A DNA stretch of 25,832 nucleotides from a virus (Duplodnaviria; Caudoviricetes). The position numbers were made by a program, and so were the translations under genes. The number at the start of each line of letters is the position of its first letter. Position 1 is the first letter of the stretch. Location of the stretch: IMG/VR virus record IMGVR_UViG_3300032295_001153, positions 1 to 25,832 of that record; one strand, given 5' to 3'. The notes beneath the pieces are model-generated. The model was not told the DNA's origin and ran no database searches. It worked only from the letters and a program-made list of their open reading frames with translations. Below are positions 8,453 through 17,323 of the stretch, one piece after another.

Positions 8453-9180
8453 TTTGATTGTGCAGGCAATAGATAACGATATGTTGCAACTGGGCTGTCT
8501 ACTGTAATTTCAGTTGCACCTTGATCTGCAATCTTAATAATCTTGTCACCGGGTAGATCCATGATTGATTGAAACGCTTTTGCGGGCCACTTCCAAGGCT
8601 GAGCTAACTTACCAGTAATACCTGCATGAAACACAAAGTTACCTGAGTGAGTTGACGGGTCACCAAAGTTAATCTTCAAATCACTACCACTAGTAGTCAT
8701 AGTAAAATGTTGTTCTTCGCTGTTAGCACTTGCTTGCTTCTTTAAACGCAAAATGCCTGCAATACTAGGTTCAAATTCAACGTTCCAGTTAGCACCCTTA
8801 AACATTAGTGTGCGGACCTTTTCTTCAACGATGCTCTTAGTCATTAGTCGATAGTCGTTAATAAAGTCACCACTCTTTGTTTCAAAGTGAATAGTAGTAG
8901 GAACATCTTCATTATCACGTTGAGTACGGGTGACGTTGATTTTTGATGTTGCATCATATTCGTCAAAGCCAACGATTGTCTTTAGTTTGCTCAAATTAGG
9001 CATACCAAATGTACCGATGAAGTCTGCGATAGGTGCCTTGAATGCACCTGTAATAATAACAGATTTGTTTTCTGCTACAGCACTGATTTGTGTTTCTTTA
9101 TCAGTACCTGTGATTTTTACTAGGTCAATGTCGCCTAGACCATGTGTGTGTTGTATAAGATCGAGTAGATAGTCTTTCAT
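8449..9180 (-). CDS. DNA polymerase sliding clamp (T4 gp45-like)
   Basis: 243 aa, two repeated beta-alpha domains (IGTFGMPNLSKL; KIIKIADQGATEITV...YRYLLPA), immediately downstream of the polymerase; SD AAAGGA. Confidence 0.7.
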   Translation of the reverse strand: MKDYLLDLIQHTHGLGDIDLVKITGTDKETQISAVAENKSVIITGAFKAPIADFIGTFGMPNLSKLKTIVGFDEYDATSKINVTRTQRDNEDVPTTIHFETKSGDFINDYRLMTKSIVEEKVRTLMFKGANWNVEFEPSIAGILRLKKQASANSEEQHFTMTTSGSDLKINFGDPSTHSGNFVFHAGITGKLAQPWKWPAKAFQSIMDLPGDKIIKIADQGATEITVDSPVATYRYLLPAQSK

Positions 9181-9200
9181 GTTTTTCCTTTGTATACCTT

Positions 9201-9208
9201 TATTTAGG
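9201..9208 (-). promoter_or_regulatory. Possible late-promoter variant CCTAAATA upstream of the clamp gene
   Basis: TAAATA core, intergenic, 20 nt before the ATG. Confidence 0.35.
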
Positions 9209-9222
9209 CAGTTGTAATGTGT

Positions 9223-9251
9223 ATTATGATGGATTTTAATGCGTAAGTCAA
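9223..9251 (-). promoter_or_regulatory. Sigma70-type promoter for the clamp-dpdA unit
   Basis: TTGACT (9251-9246)-N17-CATAAT (9228-9223). Confidence 0.7.
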
Positions 9252-9258
9252 CACCAGT

Positions 9259-11967
9259 TTAACCAAATGTAAACAAATCGTCAAATGTTGATTTAACATC
9301 GATGTTGCTCTTAATGTCCCAATCTAGAACACCTAGCAAGTTATCAATCTTTTCATCAACCAATGTTGACTCCATTGCTCCATCGTCAAATGGTAATTCT
9401 TTGAACCACGTAGGCAATCGTAATTCATCAACTGGGTAAGCAATTGAATTGAAACCTAGTGGATTGGGTTTTAGTTTGCAAACGATGATCTTCATGCCAT
9501 CAACAATTTGCATAGAGTAATTGTCGCTATTCATTCTGCGTAGATAGTTCCAATTGATAGCGGCACGTGCATGACCGACACCGCACTTACCAGTCTTTTC
9601 AAACGCAATAGTATGCTTAGTCAAGTTGTTAACTGACTTAGGAGAACCTTTAGTCCAACTATCCTGAGCAACCATGACACGCTTAAACTCTTTGATTCGG
9701 TCAATGATATCTTCACGATTTTTACCTCGTTGAAGAACCATTTCAAGAACGTCCATTAAGAATTCTTGTACGTATTTAGGAGTATCAGCACGTTTCAAGT
9801 CAAGACCCATAGCTTTGATATCACCAAGTTGTCCGTCTTTGTCTTTACGCTTACCTTCTTTGTCAAAGATGTTGATAGCATAACGCTTCTTAGTGATAAA
9901 GATACTACGATCACCAATCAGTTCACGACCTGCTTTGATAATCTCACCGTTTTTACGAGGAGCATGAAACGCTTTCTCCATGAATGCCGGGAAACTATCG
10001 TTCGCTTGGTCAGCGATACCATCATATAACCCGATGCATGTATCTTTATCCCACACTAAATTACCTGATTCAATTTGTGGCTTTAGTGTTGGAAACGCAG
10101 TGAAATAACATGAATCAGTGTCACCGTAAACAATAGCATTGCCTTCGTGTGTATATACGCCTTCAACTGTTTCATTGATTGTACTCATCATGTGCTTAAC
10201 AATCTGACGACCGCTCAATGTAACACTTTGACCGATACGCTTATCATAGAAACGGCAGTGTTCATTCAACAATGCACCATAAGCAGAGTTCAACAAAATC
10301 TTTCTAACAAGCTGTCGTTTATCATAGTACTCAAACTTATCAGTACCATACGCTTCTTTTGCTAGTTTCTGAATAGACTTACGTTCAGTATACCAACGTG
10401 TAAGTAGACCAGGAATCACACCTTCTTTTTCATACGTAAAGATTGTGCCGTTCGCACTAATCATCCAAGGCTTGTGACTATCAAAGATCATTTTCCAAAT
10501 CTCTGCCGCTGACATTTCTTCACTGCGACCATCTTCAAAGTCAACAGTAAGCATAGTACCGCGTTCTTGGTTCATGATTGCTGTGTACTCTAAAGCACCA
10601 AACAAGTTTTCCCATAGAATCGCACCAGTTACATCGTCATCACCATCTTTGTAGTGTTTCTTTTCTCGGGCAAGTTTCATGCCCTTTTCTTTCATGTACT
10701 GGTCTGTAAGTGTTTGTCTGACTTGAGCAACGATGGTTTCTGGTGCCATGTTAAGAGCGCGGATTGCTGACGGGTAGAGCGAGTTGATATCGACTGCTCC
10801 GACCCATTCATGTAAGCCTCTTTTGGGCGTAGCAACATAGGCACCTGCCGCTTGTTGGACTTCATCATCATTAGAACCCTTTCGTTTTTTATCTGGAACA
10901 ACTAAACCTCTTTCATGTGCTTCGTTCATAATAGCCATTTCAATCATAGCTACAGAACCCATGACAGTGGGTAACAACACTGTATTCTCATGTGCTAGCG
11001 CATTTGCTAGATCAAGGAATTTCAATTTGTTGTGGATCTTAACCAACAACATCGTATCTTGTCTGTTGTATTCAATAAACTTTTTAAAGTCTTTGTTATA
11101 CAACTGGTCAAGAGTACCTTCATATTGTGTTTTGTTTTCGCCAACTTCCATCTCACCGATAGCATCTAACTTATAGCTATGGCGTGATTCATAGTTGTAC
11201 TTTTTATAGAGTTGCAAATAGTCAAGATGAATACGACCAATCAAATCATAAGTCGTTTCAGTCTTACCGAATCTTTCGTACTCACGTGGCTTGGGCAATT
11301 GACCCATCAAACAAAATTTGCGAGTGTCGTCTTTACTCATTACACGTGTTACACGATTAACCATATAGGGAATATCATAGCCTTCTGAGTTCCAACCGGT
11401 CAATACATCAGCATCTTCAATGAGTTGAAAGAAAACATCAAACATTTCTTTCTCTGATTTGAAAAGCATTGTATTTTCAAATTCATTGACGATTTCGTTT
11501 GCTGTCTCTGGTGTCATATGCTTAGGAGCAATGACTAGAGTAACACATTGGTCAAGCCAATCTAAGTAACAACTGATAGCTGTTACAGGATTGAAAGGGT
11601 CACTAGTAGGACTGAAGCCCTTAACAGGATCAAAGTCTACTTCAATGTCAAAGAAACAAGTGTGAAGTTTAGGAGGATCAATTCCAAGATAGTTTTCTGA
11701 AAGACAACGGAATACTACATTAACGTCACTCTCAAATAATTTTTTACCGCTGTGAATCCTACGTTCTTTTTCAAATTCACTACGCTTGCGTGTGCTGAAT
11801 TTGCTTACAGGATCACCGTATAAACTACGATGCTTACCTTTACTATCAGTATAGTAAAATATATAATTAGCGGCAAACTCCTGATAGGATCGTTTACCTT
11901 CAGGAGTTCTTTCGACCACATAAATGCGGTCACTGTCTCTGTCGTGGATTGCGTCAATATAACTCAT
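9259..11967 (-). CDS. polB: Family B DNA polymerase with 3'-5' exonuclease (gp43-like)
   Basis: ExoI FDIEVD, ExoII GWNSEGYDIPY, ExoIII YNRQD; motif A DINSLYPS, motif B KILLNSAYG, motif C YGDTDS, KKRY; C-terminal TFDDLF clamp-binding-like peptide. Confidence 0.98.
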   Translation of the reverse strand: MSYIDAIHDRDSDRIYVVERTPEGKRSYQEFAANYIFYYTDSKGKHRSLYGDPVSKFSTRKRSEFEKERRIHSGKKLFESDVNVVFRCLSENYLGIDPPKLHTCFFDIEVDFDPVKGFSPTSDPFNPVTAISCYLDWLDQCVTLVIAPKHMTPETANEIVNEFENTMLFKSEKEMFDVFFQLIEDADVLTGWNSEGYDIPYMVNRVTRVMSKDDTRKFCLMGQLPKPREYERFGKTETTYDLIGRIHLDYLQLYKKYNYESRHSYKLDAIGEMEVGENKTQYEGTLDQLYNKDFKKFIEYNRQDTMLLVKIHNKLKFLDLANALAHENTVLLPTVMGSVAMIEMAIMNEAHERGLVVPDKKRKGSNDDEVQQAAGAYVATPKRGLHEWVGAVDINSLYPSAIRALNMAPETIVAQVRQTLTDQYMKEKGMKLAREKKHYKDGDDDVTGAILWENLFGALEYTAIMNQERGTMLTVDFEDGRSEEMSAAEIWKMIFDSHKPWMISANGTIFTYEKEGVIPGLLTRWYTERKSIQKLAKEAYGTDKFEYYDKRQLVRKILLNSAYGALLNEHCRFYDKRIGQSVTLSGRQIVKHMMSTINETVEGVYTHEGNAIVYGDTDSCYFTAFPTLKPQIESGNLVWDKDTCIGLYDGIADQANDSFPAFMEKAFHAPRKNGEIIKAGRELIGDRSIFITKKRYAINIFDKEGKRKDKDGQLGDIKAMGLDLKRADTPKYVQEFLMDVLEMVLQRGKNREDIIDRIKEFKRVMVAQDSWTKGSPKSVNNLTKHTIAFEKTGKCGVGHARAAINWNYLRRMNSDNYSMQIVDGMKIIVCKLKPNPLGFNSIAYPVDELRLPTWFKELPFDDGAMESTLVDEKIDNLLGVLDWDIKSNIDVKSTFDDLFTFG

Positions 11968-12568
11968 TAATTTTATTATATAGTAAAAGTGCCAAGATTA
12001 CATGGCTTTTGGGTCCCACGTGTTGTTTATCCAAAGCTAAATCAATTCTGGGCAGTTTGATAGATGTAGATAGTTCTGGTATCTTTATCGAATCAGGTAT
12101 TTTATAAACTGATAAATCTTTAGTTGATGACATGAAAACATGTTTTATTCCGTTAGCCAAAAGATGCAAATGTGCATGATACATTATCAGATAATTTTTT
12201 ATACCTAAATGTGTAGGCTCCGTTTCTTCTATTTGAAGCATTGTAGCCTTATTATAATCATTTGCTAACCATTCCTTATCATTGCATTCATATGTTAATC
12301 TAGTCAATGGAGTTCTACCAAAATGTGTCCATTGGACAACACATATGTCACTTGATTGAAATTCAAAATTTAAAATTCTCCATAACATATGAAGATTGCT
12401 AATACCTGATAAACTGCTATTGACTACTTGAATATTTAATTTATCAGCCAAGACTTGGGGCCAGGCAAATTTGCTCGGTACAGGACCTGGTGTAAAGTTA
12501 GGGCCATTACAATCTTCCATGCCCTGACCATAAGTTATTGAATCACCAAATGCTATCAATCTATTCAT
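11954..12568 (-). CDS. SGNH/GDSL-hydrolase-like accessory protein
   Basis: FGDSITYG, AWP, SGISN, C-terminal D-x-x-H (DKQH). Confidence 0.7.
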   Translation of the reverse strand: MNRLIAFGDSITYGQGMEDCNGPNFTPGPVPSKFAWPQVLADKLNIQVVNSSLSGISNLHMLWRILNFEFQSSDICVVQWTHFGRTPLTRLTYECNDKEWLANDYNKATMLQIEETEPTHLGIKNYLIMYHAHLHLLANGIKHVFMSSTKDLSVYKIPDSIKIPELSTSIKLPRIDLALDKQHVGPKSHVILALLLYNKINELY

Positions 12569-13362
12569 ATGTTGTTTAATTCTTTTAAAACATAAAAATC
12601 ATCCCAATTGGATATATGCTTTAATACTCTATCGTATCCTTTTGAGGTCAATAGATCATATATTTTCTGACGATTGACTTCCTTATCATTGTGTTCTACT
12701 GTGAAGAACTTAACTTTATATTGGCTAAAATCAAATGCTTGTAGAATGTCTATCTCACTGCCTTCAGTATCCAATGAAATGTAATCAATGTCTTTTGGAG
12801 CATTGTACTTTTTCAGAAGGTCTAACAATGATATTGTTTCTATTTCATAGTTTGATGAATTGCTACCGATCACTTGGATTAGTTCAGGGGTTAGGTCAAT
12901 GAATTGTTCGATTGCACTAGCATCTGGTCGATTAGAACTTTCGTGAAACATTACTTTGTCACCTGTGGTTTTCCAAACACAACTAAATTCAATGTTACAT
13001 GATCTATTAACCGGCAACTTGTCATGCCAATACCTTGCCGGTTCTGCTAAGATACCGTTCCAACCAAATTCTTTTTCCAGTAGATGGGAATTACTGATAT
13101 CGTATCCATCAGTTGCACCAAACTCAACAAAATATCCATTAGATTTCCAACCCAAATACATCTGAACTATCAAGTCCTGATATAGTTGACCATGTGATTT
13201 AAGGAAGTATTTATTAAGATTTTCTCTGTGTAAAACAGACTCTGGATATGAATCCATGAAGATTTTAAACAAGACAGCAACGTGATCTGGTCTACTCATC
13301 CCCAGTGGATTATATGTATTGACTTCGGCCCAGTAATCATCTATTGGACGTGATACCGTCAT
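12565..13362 (-). CDS. FkbM-family SAM-dependent methyltransferase
   Basis: YFVEFGATDG..SNS, GWNGILAEP, IDYISLDTEGSE, TVEHN. Confidence 0.88.
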   Translation of the reverse strand: MTVSRPIDDYWAEVNTYNPLGMSRPDHVAVLFKIFMDSYPESVLHRENLNKYFLKSHGQLYQDLIVQMYLGWKSNGYFVEFGATDGYDISNSHLLEKEFGWNGILAEPARYWHDKLPVNRSCNIEFSCVWKTTGDKVMFHESSNRPDASAIEQFIDLTPELIQVIGSNSSNYEIETISLLDLLKKYNAPKDIDYISLDTEGSEIDILQAFDFSQYKVKFFTVEHNDKEVNRQKIYDLLTSKGYDRVLKHISNWDDFYVLKELNNI

Positions 13363-13622
13363 AGTGTTTTACCGACTGTTTCCAAAATAGTATTGAGTTC
13401 TTCGTTATCTTGATTAGTCTGTGTTAGACTTGCTTTGTGCGCTACACGGATAGCCTTTTTAAGAACAGAAGGTTTGACTTCAAGTTCTTCTGCAACAGCT
13501 TTGATGGTATCAGTCAATCCACCGTTCAATGTATCAATCTCATGCATGGTTGCCATACCCTCGTTGATAAGTTGTGTGAGTTTGATCTTTTGATCGCCGC
13601 TAAAAGTTTTAGTACTGGACAT
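13359..13622 (-). CDS. dsDNA-binding protein (T4 DsbA-like, 87 aa)
   Basis: Size and helical pattern (LINEG...IKAVAEELEVKPSVLKKAIRVAHK); strong SD AAGGAG. Confidence 0.6.
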   Translation of the reverse strand: MSSTKTFSGDQKIKLTQLINEGMATMHEIDTLNGGLTDTIKAVAEELEVKPSVLKKAIRVAHKASLTQTNQDNEELNTILETVGKTL

Positions 13623-13643
13623 GTTTTCTCCTTGAAAGTGTTA

Positions 13644-13672
13644 AGTATATATGAATTACAGTTGCTTTTCAA
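13644..13672 (-). promoter_or_regulatory. Sigma70-type promoter driving dsbA-like/fkbM/SGNH/polB
   Basis: TTGAAA (13672-13667)-N17-TATACT (13649-13644), overlapping the tilS 3' end. Confidence 0.65.
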
Positions 13673-14246
13673 CTATTTTTTTAACCAAAGTATGCAAACC
13701 TGGGTTAACATGTAGTGCATGAGGCATCAGTTCCTTGCGTACATAATTACGAGTATATTTGGTGTCTTGATTGGATTGGTCTTCAATCCAAGGTACATTA
13801 TGTTGTTCGCACCATCGTGTGAATTCTTGTTTGCGTGTAGTTAAGAATGGTCGTAATACATTCTTGCGAGTCAATGGGATGACTTTAGGATTGCCATGTA
13901 AGCATGACCAAATGTATGTCTCTACACAATCATCCAAATGGTGGCAAGTAATGACTGGTCCTAATTCTTCAAGGAAGTTGTACCGTTCTCTACGCCAGTA
14001 TTCTTCTTGTGATTCATCTGACCCACGCATACTTCGAGGTGATCCGTACAACATGGGAAGATGGTTATAGTTACAATATGAAGCAACAAACTCGGCAGCT
14101 TTTTCCCCGTGTTCCGTCCTGTGATTAAAATGGGCAATCGTTACATCATGCTTTCGTTTGAGAAAGTCAACGACAGCCATACTATCGACACCGCCACTAC
14201 ATGCAACAGTGACTTGTTTGGGTAATGGAACTAATAATTTAAGCAT
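13656..14246 (-). CDS. tilS: tRNA(Ile)-lysidine synthetase, catalytic domain only (196 aa)
   Basis: ACSGGVDS PP-loop, HFNH, RRERY, HHLDDCVET, RPFL, EDQSN, RNYVR. Confidence 0.88.
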   Translation of the reverse strand: MLKLLVPLPKQVTVACSGGVDSMAVVDFLKRKHDVTIAHFNHRTEHGEKAAEFVASYCNYNHLPMLYGSPRSMRGSDESQEEYWRRERYNFLEELGPVITCHHLDDCVETYIWSCLHGNPKVIPLTRKNVLRPFLTTRKQEFTRWCEQHNVPWIEDQSNQDTKYTRNYVRKELMPHALHVNPGLHTLVKKIVEKQL

Positions 14247-14280
14247 GTGCTATTATAGCACAGAATGTAAGTTAGGTAAA
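14246..14280 (-). promoter_or_regulatory. Sigma70-type promoter of tilS with a palindrome over the -10 box; probably leaderless
   Basis: TTTACC (14280-14275)-N17-TATAAT (14257-14252); only 5 nt separate the -10 from the ATG; perfect 8-bp inverted repeat at 14246-14262. Confidence 0.6.
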
Positions 14281-14300
14281 GAATTATGGATGTATGCCTG

Positions 14301-15335
14301 TTAGGAATGTGCTTTAACTAAATTTCCAATCAATTGCATGTTTCCATTTTCATTCAAACTAGCTAAAAATTGGTCAATGTCTTTTTTGGCTAGTATTATA
14401 AACTTCTTGAAATTATACTCAACATCATTTACCAACTGTTTTTGATAATTACTATCTGTCTCTATCCGCTTTTTCATATTGACTGAGGTCGATACAATAT
14501 GTTCCAAAAGGTCTTGATCTGTTTCATACCATGTAGGTTCTTGGAATACTTTAAAACCCAATTTTTTTAATATATTGATATTTTCTTTAGCACCTATCAT
14601 TATGAAGGGATGACGATTGATTATTGGCTTCCAAGTTTTTTCGGTGAATATATGAGGGATACCATGTAACCATGTTTCACTTACTATACTGAATGCTGTA
14701 TTAGCAAACAAATTTACATCACACGGAAATCCCAAATGAACAAATTGTTCATTTGTAGATTCATAGTCTAAAACTTTCTCAGATACTTTTATAAATGTGT
14801 CGAAATCCTCGTTTGTGTAGTCAGAAAAAAAATCAGTACGAATCTGTTTTAAGGTCTCAGGAGAATTCTTAAAGCTCCATAGTATACTATCTAAGTTATT
14901 GGATTCATAAAATTTTTTCAGTAGTCCTACACGTTGTATTTTGTTTCCTTTCCCTAACAAGAATAATCCTTTACTTGATTTGGGTTTATATGACATTTGA
15001 ATGGAATGTTTCTTAACAACCACACTATAGTAAGTATATACCCATCCCCAATTTATATAGGAAACATTATGTTCACAATTGAGACCGGGGTATTCATTAA
15101 GGCTATCCAGGACAAAACGAAAAGATAATTTTGACTGTTCAAGCATGGCATTAACCAAATTTATGAAATGGATATACTCATCTGAATTTGATGAACGTTC
15201 GAAAATATCGCATAATAGTAATGTTTTATCATCACTAGTTTGTTTTAAAAAATGTATATGTTTGCCCAACAACCCAAGGTCATGTGTCCCGTCGTTCGCT
15301 TTATATTTATTTAAATCAAGGAATAGATATTTCAT
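14301..15335 (-). CDS. Putative glycosyltransferase-like protein (TEKT motif, GT10-like C-terminus)
   Basis: FSIVSET...FTEKTWKPIINRHPFIMIG...LKKLGFKVF...VEYN; paralogous to the adjacent gene. Confidence 0.5.
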   Translation of the reverse strand: MKYLFLDLNKYKANDGTHDLGLLGKHIHFLKQTSDDKTLLLCDIFERSSNSDEYIHFINLVNAMLEQSKLSFRFVLDSLNEYPGLNCEHNVSYINWGWVYTYYSVVVKKHSIQMSYKPKSSKGLFLLGKGNKIQRVGLLKKFYESNNLDSILWSFKNSPETLKQIRTDFFSDYTNEDFDTFIKVSEKVLDYESTNEQFVHLGFPCDVNLFANTAFSIVSETWLHGIPHIFTEKTWKPIINRHPFIMIGAKENINILKKLGFKVFQEPTWYETDQDLLEHIVSTSVNMKKRIETDSNYQKQLVNDVEYNFKKFIILAKKDIDQFLASLNENGNMQLIGNLVKAHS

Positions 15336-15341
15336 GATGAA

Positions 15342-16505
15342 TTAAAATAAATCTGGATCTTTACCTAATAAGTCGTTAATGCGCGGGAACATAAACCTAG
15401 CCAATCTAGTAGGAGTGATCCGTAGACTTCTAACTTGTGCTAAGTCAAAGATAGATTGCAGTTTGGCTAACTCTATTTCGACATGCTTTAAATAATGTTG
15501 GTAGTTATATTCAATATCTGCGTTAACCTTTTCTACTACTTCTGGTCTAGTTAACCTTTCATGAAATGTATCGATGTTTGTTACTATTGTATTTAATCTA
15601 GTATCCAAATCTCGAATCTCATTGTAGTTTGGATTAATAGAATATTCTTCGAAAGTTCTATAACCTTTGCTTTTGAGTTTTTTAATCATCCCGGGAAACC
15701 AAGCACAAATAAAGGGATGTTTATTAATGATAGCTCTATATGTTTTCTCTGTAATTTTCGGGGTGAATTCAGGTTGATCGTTATGGCTTATATTGAAGTC
15801 TGATTCTGAGATTATCGAAAAAGAGGTGTTTCTATAAAGATCAGGATCAAAAGGGTATCCATTAGCGTAAAAATTATCGTCAGTGTTAGCAGTAAAATCT
15901 AATGACCTAGTGCAATCCTTGATGAATTTTTCAAAAGTTAAATCATCATAATGACTTAGTAAAGTTGTGTGGATGTAATCCCGATTGTCAGGATAGGTGT
16001 AGAAGGACCAATCTATTCTATCAAGTAAATTATTCTCCCATAGCTTACTCATTAGTATGGCCCTATGGGGTCTTTCCACCCTACCTATAGTCCATAATCC
16101 TTTTGTTTTCGTATTATTCCAAAACTCATTACACTCTTGATCGTCTGTACCAATCGTATTGATATAAGAAGCAAATGCTAAAAAATCACTATAAATGATA
16201 TTACTGACACCCTTTACTTCACTGAGGTCTTCGTTCTCTCCATCCAATATAAAAGTATATTCGATATCTAATGACTTGATGACTTGTTCAAGTTTAGCCA
16301 ACATGGTAGGGATATCATTATTATATACTCTACCCTCCATAACATCAAGCATCACTACATGTAGTTTTAAATTCTCATGAATTGAAGATGTACGTTTTAT
16401 GAACGTTTGTATTTCATCAGCAATTTCTGATGGATGTTTTAATCTGTTAGTAAGAGAATAAGTAAGATATGGGTATATGTTAATAAGGGCTACATAATGT
16501 TTCAT
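15342..16505 (-). CDS. Putative glycosyltransferase-like protein (TEKT motif, GT10-like C-terminus)
   Basis: FSIISES...ITEKTYRAIINKHPFI...LKSKGYRTF...IEYN. Confidence 0.5.
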   Translation of the reverse strand: MKHYVALINIYPYLTYSLTNRLKHPSEIADEIQTFIKRTSSIHENLKLHVVMLDVMEGRVYNNDIPTMLAKLEQVIKSLDIEYTFILDGENEDLSEVKGVSNIIYSDFLAFASYINTIGTDDQECNEFWNNTKTKGLWTIGRVERPHRAILMSKLWENNLLDRIDWSFYTYPDNRDYIHTTLLSHYDDLTFEKFIKDCTRSLDFTANTDDNFYANGYPFDPDLYRNTSFSIISESDFNISHNDQPEFTPKITEKTYRAIINKHPFICAWFPGMIKKLKSKGYRTFEEYSINPNYNEIRDLDTRLNTIVTNIDTFHERLTRPEVVEKVNADIEYNYQHYLKHVEIELAKLQSIFDLAQVRSLRITPTRLARFMFPRINDLLGKDPDLF

Positions 16506-17080
16506 TGAAAAATATGATGGTTCTTTTCACCGTAAATTTTCATGTATTTGCCTGCTAACATATCAGCCATAACTTCAATTGGACTACCCGGATAACTGTC
16601 GCCGGGTTTAATCATACCCAACTCACCCTGTCGGACATGTACCAATTCATGAAAAACAGTACGTAGTATATCAACTAAATTGCGGTTCTTTACATAGACC
16701 CAAACGTGATTAGAATCAGTATGATGTGCACCGGTGTGATGTTCGTCCTGTGCTTCTTCTGTATCAGTACTTAATTCAAACTTAGGTTTAGACTGTACGT
16801 TTAAAACTTTTACTGCCCAGGCAACGAACTTTTCTACTTCTTGTTCTATGTCTACGTTGTCAACGTCAGTTTCATCTAATTTGTTTTTGATCCAATGGTC
16901 TGGGGTAGTGCGATATTTTCTAAGAAACTTGTCATGTAACAAGTTTGCAGTTATCCTGTGCTTAGCCGAAATTTTACGCATCAACTTATCGATGGTATCG
17001 TAGTTGTGTTTTTCTAGGCTAGGCAAACGAGTGGCTAACTCATCAACCGCGGCTTCATAAACAAAATCAGAAGTATTCAT
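16502..17080 (-). CDS. HExxH zinc-metallopeptidase-like protein
   Basis: RTVFHELVHVRQ with a downstream Glu (SPIEVMAD); preceded by GATAAATA. Confidence 0.65.
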   Translation of the reverse strand: MNTSDFVYEAAVDELATRLPSLEKHNYDTIDKLMRKISAKHRITANLLHDKFLRKYRTTPDHWIKNKLDETDVDNVDIEQEVEKFVAWAVKVLNVQSKPKFELSTDTEEAQDEHHTGAHHTDSNHVWVYVKNRNLVDILRTVFHELVHVRQGELGMIKPGDSYPGSPIEVMADMLAGKYMKIYGEKNHHIFQ

Positions 17081-17087
17081 ATTAATT

Positions 17088-17095
17088 TATTTATC
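17088..17095 (-). promoter_or_regulatory. Putative late promoter GATAAATA
   Basis: Occupies the 15-nt gap between two genes; same core as at 968-975 and 23392-23399. Confidence 0.5.
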
Positions 17096-17323
17096 TTAAT
17101 CCCAAGACCAATCCATTGTCTGAATTGTTTCGCCATCAACTACGGTAGACATACTAACTATTTTTTGATCTCTTAACCATTTTTGATACAGTAGTTCTTT
17201 GAGTTCAGGATCACTGTCATTGGTTTGATGTAAATCTATTTCTTCGTCAGTTCCAAATGTAATTACCCATATGTCCCATGGAAGAAAAACTTCATTTTCG
17301 GATGTATATATGTATTCAGTCAT
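17096..17323 (-). CDS. Acidic hypothetical protein (75 aa, MTEYIY...)
   Basis: ATG 17323 overlaps the nuclease TAA; preferred over the track start at 17335. Confidence 0.65.
   Translation of the reverse strand: MTEYIYTSENEVFLPWDIWVITFGTDEEIDLHQTNDSDPELKELLYQKWLRDQKIVSMSTVVDGETIQTMDWSWD

Noticed and set aside
10440-10740. Intein or intron in polB (extra segment between motifs A and B)
   Set aside because: Frame is continuous, with no C/S...HN splice junctions or homing-endonuclease motifs; treated as a lineage-specific insertion.
5500-15360. C-terminal DDFFD (5500-6339 gene) and DPDLF (15342-16505 gene) as further clamp-binding motifs
   Set aside because: They do not match FxxLF and occur in accessory genes with no replication link; likely chance.
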